Positions 50,101 through 61,515 of a DNA stretch of 64,000 bases are shown here, piece after piece. Within the stretch, counting starts at the first letter, position 1, and each line of letters opens with the position of its first letter. The DNA comes from Heterodontus francisci (lineage: Eukaryota): contig NC_090383.1 of the NCBI RefSeq assembly GCF_036365525.1, positions 3,269,112 through 3,333,111 of the forward strand, in the 5' to 3' direction. The notes beneath the pieces were generated by a model. That model had not been told where the DNA came from and did no database searches. It saw only the letters and a program-made list of their open reading frames with translations. The translations under genes and the position numbers were made by a program.

Positions 50101-53100
50101 CCCCCATACACTAAATAATGCAGAGTTGACCCCTCCCCAATACACTAAATAATGCAGAATTGACCCCTCCCCTATACACTAATTAATGCAGAGTTGATCT
50201 CTCCCCCATACACTAATTAATGCAGAGTTGATTCCTTCCCCCAATACACTAAACAATACAGAGATGACCCCTCCCCTAAACACTAATTAATGCAGAGTTG
50301 ACTCCGCCCCAAACACTAAATACTGACGAGTTGACCCCTCCCCCCATACACTAAATAATGCAGAGTTGACCCCTTCCCCCATACACTAAATAATGCAGAG
50401 TTGACCCCTCCTCCCATGCACTAAATAATGCAGAGTTGACCCCTTCCCCATACACTAAATAATGCAGAGTTTACCCCTCCCCCATACACTAAATAATGCA
50501 GAGTTTACCCCACCCCATACACTAAATAATAGAGTTTATCCCTCCCCCAAACACTAATTAATGCAGAGTTGATCCCTCCTCCCATACACTAAATAATGCA
50601 GAGTTGATCCCTCCTCCCATACACTAAATAATGCAGAGTTGACCCCTTCCCCCATACACTAAATAATGCAGAGTTGACCCCTCCTCCCATACACTAAATA
50701 ATGCAGAGTTGACTCCTTCCCCCAAACATTAAATAATGCAGAGTTGACCCCTCCTCCCATACACTAAATAATGCAGAGTTGACCCCTTCCCCCATACATT
50801 AAATAATGCAGAGTTGATCCCTCCTCCCATACACTAAATAATGCAGAGTTGACCCCTCCTCCCATGCACTAAATAATGCAGAGTTGATCCCTCCTCCCAT
50901 GCACTAAATAATGCAGAGTTGACCCCTTCCCCATACACTAAATAATGCAGAGTTGACCCCTTCCCCCATACACTAACTAATGCAGAGTTGACTCCTTCCC
51001 CCAATACACTAAACAATACAGAGATGACCCCTCCCCTAAACACTAATTAATGCAGAGTTGATCCCTCCTCCCATACACTAAATAATGCAGAGTTGACCCC
51101 TTCCCCCATACACTAACTAATGCAGAGTTGACTCCTTCCCCCCATACACTAAACAATACAGAGATGACCCCTCCCCTAAACACTAATTAATGCAGAGTTG
51201 ATCCCTTCCCCCCCAGACACTAAATAATGCAGAGTTTACTCCTTCCCCCATACAGTAAATAATGCAGAGTTGACCCCTTCCCCATACATTAAATAATGCA
51301 GAGTTGACCCCTCCCCCATACACTAAATAATGCAGAGTTGACTCCTTCCCCCAATACAGTAAATAATGCAGAGTTGACCCCTCCCTCATTCACTAAATAA
51401 TGCAGAGTTGACCCCTCCTCCCATTCACTAAATAATGCAGAGTTGACCCATCCCCCATTCAATAAATAATGCAGATTTAACCCCTCCCCCATTCACTAAA
51501 TAATGCAGAGTTAACCCCTCCCCCATACACTAAATAATGCAGAGTTGACCCCTTCCCCCAATACAGTAAATAATGCAGAGTTGACCTCTTCCCCCATACA
51601 CTAATTAATGCAGAGTTGACCCCTTCCAACCAATACAGTAATTAATGTAGAGTTGACCCCTTCCCCCCAATACAGTAAATAATGCAGAGTTGACTCCTTC
51701 CCCCAATACACTAAACAATACAGAGATGACCCCTCCCCTAAACACTAATTAATGCAGAGTTGATCCCTCCTCCCATACACTAAATAATGCAGAGTTGACC
51801 CCTTCCCCCATACACTAACTAATGCAGAGTTGACTCCTTCCCCCCATACACTAAACAATGCAGAGATGACCCCTCCCCTAAACACTAATTAATGCAGAGT
51901 TGATCCCTTCCCCCCCAGACACTAAATAATGCAGAGTTTACTCCTTCCCCCATACAGTAAATAATGCAGAGTTGACCCCTTCCCCATACATTAAATAATG
52001 CAGAGTTGACCCCTCCCCCATACACTAAATAATGCAGAGTTGACTCCTTCCCCCAATACAGTAAATAATGCAGAGTTGACCCCTCCCTCATTCACTAAAT
52101 AATGCAGAGTTGACCCCTCCTCCCATTCACTAAATAATGCAGAGTTGACCCATCCCCCATTCAATAAATAATGCAGATTTAACCCCTCCCCCATTCACTA
52201 AATAATGCAGAGTTAACCCCTCCCCCATACACTAAATAATGCAGAGTTGACCCCTTCCCCCAATACAGTAAATAATGCAGAGTTGACCTCTTCCCCCATA
52301 CACTAATTAATGCAGAGTTGACCCCTTCCAACCAATACAGTAATTAATGTAGAGTTGACCCCTTCCCCCCAATACAGTAAATAATGCAGAGTTGACCCCT
52401 TCCCCAATACAGTAATTAATGCAGAGTTGACCACTGCCCCATTCACTAAATAATGCAGAGTTGACCCCTCCCCATTCACTAAATAATGCAGAGTTGACCC
52501 CTCCCCCATTCACTAAATAATGGAGAGATGACCCCTCCCCCATTCACTAAATAATGCAGAGTTGACCCCTCCCCCATACACTAAATAATGCAGAGTTGAC
52601 CCCTCCCCCCATACACTAAATAATGCAGAGTTGACCCCTTCCCCCAATACAGTAATTAATGCAGAGTTGACCACTGCCCCATTCACTCAATAATGCAGAG
52701 TTGACCCCTTCCCCAATACAGTAATTAATGCAGTGTTGACCACTGCCCCATTCACTAAATAATGCAGAGTTGACCCCTCCCCATTCACTAAATAATGCAG
52801 AGTTGACCCCTCCCCCATTCACTAAATAATGGAGAGTTGACCCCTCCCCCATTCACTAAATAATGCAGAGTTGACCCCTCCCCCATACACTAAATAATGC
52901 AGAGTTGACCCCTTCCCCCACACACTAATTAATGCAGAATTGACCCCTTACCCCCCAATACAGTAAATAATGTAGAGCTGACCCCTTTCCCACCTGGATG
53001 GGAAAGTGAAGGCATGTGAGTGCCACCCGATGAGCTGAAGTTTGGGAACTGAAGGCAAGGTCACGGGGAATTAAATTTAAATTTATGCAGAGAGGAATTT

Positions 53101-53273
53101 TAAATATGTGAAGTAGGTCCTGTTGCAGAGCGGAGTAGGTGCCACCACGGGGCCTCGTTGCCACGGGGAAGATCAGGCCCGGCCATCCCAGCATCGGACT
53201 TCGTGTTGGCCGCTTCTGCTCCGATTCTCTGCCCCACCCCCCACCTACAACCATGAAACCCAACATCCAGCTC
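38136..53273. mobile_element. Putative MITE-like element whose halves (38136-38305 and 52992-53273) flank the 34-bp satellite
   Basis: Left end GGCTGGATTTTG matches the reverse complement of right end CAACATCCAGCT at 10 of 12 positions. Both flanks are GC-rich against an AT-rich background. Confidence 0.45.
38306..52991. repeat. About 14.7-kb tandem array of a ~34-bp unit (roughly 430 copies), consensus GAGTTGACCCCTCCCCCATACACTAAATAATGCA
   Basis: Directly visible uninterrupted array. Unit length varies mainly in the C tracts, and higher-order blocks are present. Confidence 0.98.
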
Positions 53274-54231
53274 GGAACAAAATCAGTCCTGTTGGCCAAT
53301 CAGCATCCATGTAATGAAAATACAATTTGGATAAAAGTCTTTGTCAGACCTGTTCTGGCGAGGGGTTGTACCTGAAATGTTGCCTTCTTTTATATACACA
53401 TGCTGGCTGACCTGCTATATGTTCCCAGCTTTTCCTGCCATTAATTTAGTTTTGTTGTGGTTGTAAAATCTTTAAATTAGCAAACAACAAATTTTACTCA
53501 CACAGTTCTTTTTCTCTTGATGCACAGTTACATTTTACATGTTGGGATTGTGTTTCCTGTATCCAAACCATCTCTACTGCCCATGGGACCAGCAATAATT
53601 ATTCCACTACAGTGAAACAAAAGAAAAAGTGAAAAGCAAACAGAAGTGTAGGCTCAGCACAACCCTTCACCCGTCTGAAAAACACTCAATCCCCAACTCC
53701 ATTTCTCGTCCATCAACCAACTTTCTATCCATGCTGCTACCTTTTCTCTTAAACCATACACTTGAATTTTTCCAACAAGATACTTTATCAAACTACATCT
53801 ACTGGATTTTCTGTGTCCAATTAGTCATTTGTTCAAAAGAAAACTGCTGACATTGATCAAACACAACTTGCCTTTAATCTGTGCAGGCTGCACTAAATCA
53901 TATCCTTCTATACTTATTAATGCTTTGAAATGCTCCAATATTGCTTTCAATGCACTGTGTGTTCACACACATGGCACTCAATTCTGATTCCAATCTTTTG
54001 AAAATTGATCTTTTTTCCTTGGATTTCTCATTTAATTGTTTGATATCCTTTACCCCTTCTACAATACTGTTCTGATCTCACTGTTTCCTTCTTTCTGCTC
54101 TGATATTTTCTCTATTCATTTCAGCTAAGTCCTTTGATTCAATTCCAGTATTTTTATCAAATTCACTCACCGTTCCAATCCCAAATGAAACTACCAGCCC
54201 CAACCCCAACCTCAACCCCCACCCCATTGCC

Positions 54232-54695
54232 GTGTGTGTCAGCCGTGGCTCAGTTAGTAGCACTTTTTCCTCTTAAGTCAGAAGGTTGTGGGTTTGACTC
54301 CTGCTCTAGGACTTGAACATAGCAATCAAGGCTGACACTCCAGTGCAGTACTGAGGGAGTGCTACACTTTCAGAGGTGCTGTTGTTTGAATGAGGTATTA
54401 AACCATCTGCCCTCTCAGGTGGATGTAAAAGATCCTCTGATACTATTTCAAAGAACAGCAGGGAAGTTCTCCCCAGTGTCCTGGCCAATATTCAACCCTC
54501 AATCAACTTACAGAAACAGATTATCTGGTCATTATCTTGTTGTTGTTTGTGGGATCTTGCTGTGTGCAAATTGGCTGCTGAGGTTTCTACATTACAACAG
54601 TGACTACCCTTCAAAAAGTACTTAATTGGCTGTAAGGCACTATGGAATGTCCTATGGTTATGAAAGGCACTATATAAATGCAAGGCTTTCTTTTT
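54232..54695 (+). mobile_element. Full-length Deu-domain tRNA SINE
   Basis: A box gtggctcagttagt, B-box-like ggtttgactcc, core ctgacactccagtgcagtactgagggagtgct and L2-like tail aaggcactatataaatgcaag. Confidence 0.85.
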
Positions 54696-57129
54696 TTCCC
54701 TTAACCAATCAAATTGAAGGATCAAGGATTGACCAGTGCAGATCCTGAACCAGGAAATGTAATAGTGGGTGAATTCATTATCAAACCAAATACAGAAAAG
54801 GAAATAGAGAGGAAATGAAAGATTGGATTAAAGGAGAGAAAAAAAAGACAATTTAAAAAAAAAATCTCCAACAACAATTAAAACCTGGAGGATTGAGACT
54901 CCACAGGTAATAGTTAATGTCCAGGGCCAGAAGGCTTTATTGACAGTAATTAAGATTTATTACATTGCCAGACGGGAACTTAGACTGACATGATGTGAAA
55001 GTCTAGTTGGTATCTACCATGCAAATACAGGAACCTCACACATTCAATTGTATTTCAATGGTCAGTGAGATGCTGTTTCCGTGAAGCTAACAGTGGAAGT
55101 ACCACAACTCGCACACAAACTTTTGGATTTTTGCATTTAACTGAACAACTTCCCATTCCTGAAGTTGCTGTTAAATTTTACATATAAATAATGGCGAGCA
55201 TCAATAGCCTCCCCAATATTTTGACAGCAAATTATGGCTGATTATAATTTCTGTTTATTATAATAATCATCAGGGGTCAAGATGATTTGTATAAACTGCT
55301 TGAGTTTTGTTCGCACAGTTAACATTGTAATCCGAACCCCAAAATCAGATTAATATATTTTACTGACTGAAAGCTAACCCATATCTTCTACGCAACATGC
55401 CCCCAGCTATATGTTACTTCCAGTGTCTTCATGTTTGGCTTTAATTGTGTAGGCTGACAATTACAAATGAACCATATAATATTCAAAGCGAACATTTGAA
55501 AGATGAAAAGCTATATAAAAGATTTTCGGAAGGTCTGAACATTTTATTAAAGGTTTGTAAGATTGTAATTATTCAATTGCAGAATGTTTTACTCGACCTC
55601 TGATGATGTTGCAGTCAGGCAATAAGTGATATCTCCCTTCCTGTAACCACCTCACTGCTTGTCTGACTTTTTCTCTCTGTCTCGGCTGTAGGTGCTGACT
55701 TTTCCTGGGATTATTTCACAGGGAATGGAAGCTGTCCTTTACCATAGTGTTTCTTCATGTGTGGACAGAATTAATGATCGCTGTTATTTTAACATCAGTA
55801 TTAACCCATTTATTTAAAACAGCTTGATGCTGAACAAAGGCACAGAACTGAAAATCCAGGCTTCTGTTCTATGGGAGGCATCACGTCCCAGTCCAGTGCT
55901 GTACTCACTCAACACCCACACACATCCACCTCCAACAGAGGTAATCACCAAATACCCCCCCTCCCCTCGAAAACAGGATCACTGAGTCACCTGTGGCTTC
56001 TCTTTTGCTGTCTGGCAGCCTCAGCATGGGTGGCGAGAATGTATTTATGATAAGTGTGTGGAAAAGCGATATCTCAATCTTGTTATATTTATAAAGAATG
56101 TAAAATACAGATGGTCTGATGCAATCATTTAGTCTGACAGTTTTCAGATCTATATCATGAGGGTCAAAAAAAGGGAGACTTAATTTACAGTTAAGATCTA
56201 TGGATTGTTGTTCAGGGACTTTCCTTCAGCTGACCCACCCTCCAAGTTATATAGCAAATGTCTGCATAAGGCTGATATATCACTAGAGATCAGACGTAAC
56301 CAGCAGCTGGTATGAAACTCCACCTGTGTGGAAATATAACAACAAAGTTCCCATTTGTACTGATGTTTTACACTGCAGCAGGGTGCATTACCACACCAGC
56401 AGTGTGAACACGAAAGATTTGAAGCGAGTTTTTAGTTTTAGAAAAAGGCACAAACTAGAGACGGTTTGAATCTTGTCTGGTCTGTGGGAACTCACCCATT
56501 CATCACTGTGAGAAACGGAAGCTGGAGATACTATGTATAGAAAACAGAATCCTGATGTTGCTGCCACGTTATTCTTTCAAAGCTAAATCGAGAGAAATTA
56601 TATTTACAAGACACATAGTTAAACTGCACATCTGGATTTCCTGCTACTTATTCATCTGCTTTCCACATCCTCCTTCAGTCTGTTTAAGAATGCTGATCAT
56701 AAACCTGATCCATCTCCATCAAGGCGTTTGGAGCCAACTTTGCAATTGTGTATTTTATCTGCAGTCTCTTTGCAATTAGAACTTTGCTTAACAGATCACA
56801 GCATGTCTTACCCTCAGCAGCATAAATCCACATTTCTCTCCCCACCCCCGCTCCCCTCCCCCCACCACCTTTAAGATAATGCTTCCTTTAAAACAATTTG
56901 CACACATGTTTTGACTCAACATGTCATCCTTAAGGATAATTAGTCTGTACCTACAACAATGCAAATTTGCTTCATTAGTGATTGTGTAATGAGAGAATTA
57001 CTGTAGTTCCAGTGGGTGTCTTTCAGTCATTAGCAGCGGGAAATTCCTTGACGTGGCCGATACTTTTGAAAACTTTTTTGACTAAGACGAAAATTAGGAG
57101 AGAACTGCAAAGATGGGAGGCAGGCCAGA

Positions 57130-59240
57130 AGATTGGACGGAATATTTTTAAAAAAGCAAAGAATGACGAAAAGATTGATAAGGAGGGAAAAATTAGAGTA
57201 TGAGAGAAAGCTGGCTAGAAATATAAAAACAGATAGTAAGAGTTTCTATAAATATTTTAAAAAGAAAAGAATTAACAAATTGAGCGTTAGTCCTGTATGA
57301 AGTGAGTCTGGGGAATTAATAAGGGAAAATAAGGAAATGGCAGATGAATTGAACAGTTATTTTGCATCGGTCTTCACTATTGAGGATCCAAGTAACATCC
57401 CAGAATTAGCTGTAAATCAGGAAATGGAAGGGAGGGAGGAACTCAAGAAAATTACAATCACCAGGGAAGTGGTACTGAACAAATTGTTGGAGCTGCGGGC
57501 TGACAAGTCCCCGAGTCCTGATGGACTTCATCCTAGGGTCTTAAAAGAAGTGGCTAGTGAGATAGTTGATGTGTTGGTTTTAAATTTCCAGAATTCCCAA
57601 GATTCGGGGAAGGAAGATTGGAAAATAGTGAATGTAACTTCTTTATTGAAAAAGGGAGGGAGACAGAAAGTAGGAAACTACAGGCCAGTTAGCTTAACAT
57701 CTATCTGAGGGAAAATGTTAGAAGCTATTATGAAAGACATTATAGCAGGGCACTTAGAAAAATTCAAGGTAATCAGGCAGAGTCAATCAACATGCTTTTG
57801 TGAAAGGGAAATCATATTTAACCAATTTATTGGAGTTCTTTGAAGAAGTAACATGGGATGTGGATAAAGTCGAACTGGTGGATGTAATGTACTAGATTTC
57901 CAGAAGGCATTTGATAAGGTGCCACATCAAAGGTTATTGCGGAAAATAAAAGCTCATGGTGTAAGGGGTAACATATTGGCATGGATAGAAGATTGGCAAG
58001 CTAACAGGAAACAGAGAGTAGGCATAAATGGGTCATTTTCTGGTTGGCAAGATGTAACGAGTGATGTGCCACAGGGATCAGTGCTGGGGTCTCACCTTTT
58101 TACAATTTATATGAATGACTTAGATGAAGGGACCGAAGGTATGGTTGCTAAATTTGCTGATGACACAAAGATAGGTAGGAAAGTAAGTTGTTAAGAGGAC
58201 ATAAGGGGACTACAAAGGGATATGGATAGGTTGTGAGTGGGCAAAGACCTGGCAAATGGAGTATAATGTGGGAAAATGGGAAATTGTCCATTTTGGCAGG
58301 AAGAATAAAAAGAAGCATATTATCTAAATGGTGAGAGATTGCAGAGCTCTGAGATGCAGAGGGATCTGGGTGTCCTCGTGCATGAATCGCAAAAGGTTAG
58401 TATGCAGGTGCAGCACATAATTAGGAAAGCTAATAGAATGTTATTGTTTATCGTGAGGGGAATTGAATACAAAAGTAGGGAGGTTATGCTTCAGCTATAC
58501 AGGGCATTGGTGAGACCACATCTGGAGTACTGTGTACAGTACTGGTCTCCTTATTTAAGGAAGGATGCAAATGCGTTGCAGACAGTACAGAGAAGGTTTA
58601 CTAGATTAATACCTGGAATGGGCGGGCTGTCTTATGAGGAAAGATTGGATAGGCTAAGCTTGTATCCGCTGGAATTTAGAAGAGTAAGAGGTGACTTGAT
58701 TGAAACATATAAGATCCTGAGGGGTCTTGACAGGGTGGATGTGGTAAGGATGTTTCCCCTTGTGGGAGAATTTCAAACTAGGGGTCACTGTTTAAAAATA
58801 AGGGGTCGCCCATTTAAGACAGATGAGGAGAAATTTTCTCTCAGAAGGTCGTGAGTCTTTGGAATTCTCTTCCTCAAAAGGTGACGTAACACCTTCAGTA
58901 GGGAAAGGAAGAAAATGTAAAGTAATTTTAATTTGGTGGTGGAAACACAATTAGAATTGAAAGCTGGTTAAGTGACACACAGTACCTACACCTGAGGGTT
59001 GGTTTGAGAGAGTCTATACTGCCAGGGGTAATCATAGACCTCACAGGAAGCAGAGCCTTTAGATATTTTTAAGGCAGAGGTAGATAGATTCTTGATAAGC
59101 AAGGGGGTGAAAGGTTATTGAGGGTAGGCGGGAATGTGGAGTTAAGGTTACAATCAGATCAACCATGATCTTACTGAATGATGGAGCAGTCTTGAGGGGC
59201 CGAGTGGCCTACTCCTGCTCCTAATTTGTATGTTCATATG
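57130..59240 (+). mobile_element. 5'-truncated CR1 LINE (RT region and 3' UTR)
   Basis: LNSYFASVF, NYRPVSLTS, DVPQGSVLG, KFADDTK and LEYCVQYW. Same family as the minus-strand host at 29105-32945. Confidence 0.93.
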
Positions 59241-59460
59241 TACATCATGAGACACAAGCAGCTAATTTTCAGATTGGAATATCTGGCTCCCTGTATAGAG
59301 TCAATCCTGTGAGATCTATGATTACCCCTGGCAGTATAGACTCTCTCAAACCAACCCTCAGGTGTAGGCACTGTGTGTCACTTAACCAGCTTTCGATTCT
59401 AATTGTGTTTCCACCACCAAATTAAAATTACTTTACATTTTCTTTCTTTCCCTACTGAAG
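58893..59460. repeat. 156-bp inverted duplication (58893-59048 versus 59305-59460)
   Basis: cttcagtagggaaag...cctcacagga is the reverse complement of tcctgtgagat...ccctactgaag with only a few mismatches. Confidence 0.92.
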
Positions 59461-59529
59461 TTGTTGAGTCAGTCAGGAGTGTAATTTCCTGGTGCCCTCT
59501 GGAACCCTTTCTTCCTGAGTCTAGGCAGA

Positions 59530-59860
59530 ATATGGTAATGCCATTGAATGTCAAGGGGAGATGGTTAGATTCTCTCTTGTTGGAGATGGTCATTGCCTGG
59601 CACTTGTGTGGCGCAAATGTTTCTTGCCACTTATCAGCCCAAGCCTGAATATTGTCCAAGTCTTGCTGCATTTCTACACGGACTGCTTCAGTATCTGAGG
59701 AGTCGCGAATGGTGCTGAACATTGTGCAATCATCAGCGAACATCCCCACTTCTGACCTGTTTGAAGGAGGACCATTGATGAAGCAGCTGAAGATGGTTGG
59801 GCCTAGGACACTACCCTGAGGAACGCCTGCAGTGATGTCCTGGAGCTCAGATGATTGACC
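59530..59860 (-). mobile_element. RT-domain fragment of the second CR1-group LINE family
   Basis: MFADDCTMFSTIRDSS...QQDLDNIQAWADKWQ...KCQAMTIS, overlapping in sequence with the start of the 28050 copy. Confidence 0.85.
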
Positions 59861-59967
59861 TCAATCTCATTGTATCACTTGGGACATTAATAAAGAATAA
59901 CTCAGCTGGTCACATTTTTGAACACAAAGTCACTGGGAGACAGATAAATATGACAGCTGCAACAACA

Positions 59968-60070
59968 CAGTTCTGATGAAGGGTCACAGACCTGAAACAT
60001 TAACGCTCCTTTCTCTCTCCACAGATACTGCCTGACCGGCTGAGTGTCTACAGCACTTTCTGTTTTTATT
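59968..60070 (+). mobile_element. Penelope-like fragment with hammerhead core
   Basis: cagtt-CTGATGA-a-gggtc-aca-gacct-GAAA-catt-aac followed by ccacagatactgcctgacc. Same family as 16382-16601. Confidence 0.7.
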
Positions 60071-60562
60071 AGGTATTAATTATTGTTAAGTATGATGGCT
60101 GCCTTGTTCTCTAGCCCTGTGATCGTCACAGCATGATTCGGACAGACCTTGCCTTGTCCAGGAACCAAACCTACCCACGAGTGTCCCAGTGTGCTTACAC
60201 ATCTTAAAGACATTTCCTTTGGGATATAATACAACTTGTACATGTCCACAAGAAAGTTTTGTTACAATTAGTAACTCCTACGCAGAGAGACAGAGGAAGT
60301 GACCAGAAGAATGGTTTTCTTTCCTTGTCAGATTCACTTGGGCAAGGCAGCAATGTTTTGTGGGCAGCAGTGAATAAATAAATGTTGCTGGATCAGGATG
60401 AGATCAAGGGTTTGTGAATTAAATAGCGAGTTCTGATAAAAACATCTGTGACGAGCCTTTGGCTTGGTTTCTGATTTCTCTTTGAGACTGGAGGTGGAAG
60501 TGTAGGATAATGATGCTTTGACACGAAGTGATCAGTGATACAACTATTGAAAAGAAAACAAA

Positions 60563-61073
60563 GCAGGGATTTTACTGGCGCCTGGCTAGCAGGCTAGGAG
60601 GAGGCTGAGGGTCCGTGTAGCGAGGGCTCACCGACACAGGGCCACTTCTTCAGCGGTGGACTGACAGCAGCTTGACTACTGCCAACCAAATGTGGGCAGC
60701 TAATTTAAATAATTAAAGGGCCAATCGACAGCCATTTTCCTATGCTGCCGGCACATTGCCCCCTCCCAGCAGTGTCCCGTGGGGGGGGGGGGGAGGGCCT
60801 TCATTTCTGGATGCTCCCTGGCCCAAGGAGGGGGCCCTTGGCTGCCTCTGGCACTGCCACTGGAGGGGTCACCCCCTCTGATTGCCAGGTCCTGCCTCTC
60901 TTTTGGCGGCGCCTCAAAATAGAGGTTTCCTCTCGTTCTCTTCAGCAAGTCACCTCTGAGCAGAGCTGCTGGCCCTCGGATTTGGCTGCCAGTGTGGAGA
61001 GTCAGCCCAACATCTTTAATTGGACAGAGGGTCCAGCGGCAGAACTCACTCTGTGCTGTGAAAATCCCAGCCC
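60563..61073. mobile_element. GC-rich MITE-like element with short TIRs
   Basis: Starts gcagggatttt and ends aaaatcccagccc; about 510 bp with no credible ORF. Confidence 0.55.
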
Positions 61074-61090
61074 AGTACTCACTTTTCATA

Positions 61091-61310
61091 TAAAATCAAA
61101 ACAGAAAGTGCTGGAAAATACTCAGCAGGTCTGGTGCATCTGTGGAGAGAGAAGCAGAGTTAACATTTCAGGTCAGTGACCCTTCCTCAGAACTGAACTG
61201 AAACGTTAACTCTGCTTCTCTCTTCACAGATGCTGCCTGACCTGCTGTGTATTTTCCAGCACTTACTCTTTTTATTTCAGATTTTCAGCATCTGCAGTAT
61301 TTTACTTTTA
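61091..61310. mobile_element. Penelope-like inverted pseudo-LTR cassette with a minus-strand hammerhead motif (61158-61194)
   Basis: Inverted arms at about 61091-61171 and 61198-61275. Minus strand reads agtt-CTGAGGA-a-gggtc-act-gacct-GAAA-tgtt-aact. Confidence 0.75.
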
Positions 61311-61515
61311 CTCACATTTTATATACTTGCAAATTATTGTGGTTTACCAGAGAAAAGGAATCCACAAACAAAACAAGTAAGTATGAGGGAGGGAGTGCGA
61401 TCTCCCCATTTGTAATAAAATCGTAAATATAGGAGCAAAGAATGGGCAGAGAAATCGCCCCCTTGGCTTTTGCTCCATTTCTTTTTGCCAGTTTTAGTTC
61501 CCTTTCTTCAAGGTG

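Noticed and set aside
38701-52852. Many minus-strand ORFs of the type MGEGSTLHYLVYGGGVNSALFSVW
   Set aside because: Translations of the satellite. The 34-bp unit is not a multiple of three and stops recur constantly.
38306-52991. CRISPR-like look (constant ~20-bp core with variable intervening sequence)
   Set aside because: The variable parts are C-tract variants of one another rather than unique spacers; no cas genes; vertebrate context.
60700-61179. Overlapping 129-aa and 145-aa ORFs, and the GC-rich ORFs at 33238-33733
   Set aside because: Stop-poor GC-rich MITE-like repeats with no transposase motifs.
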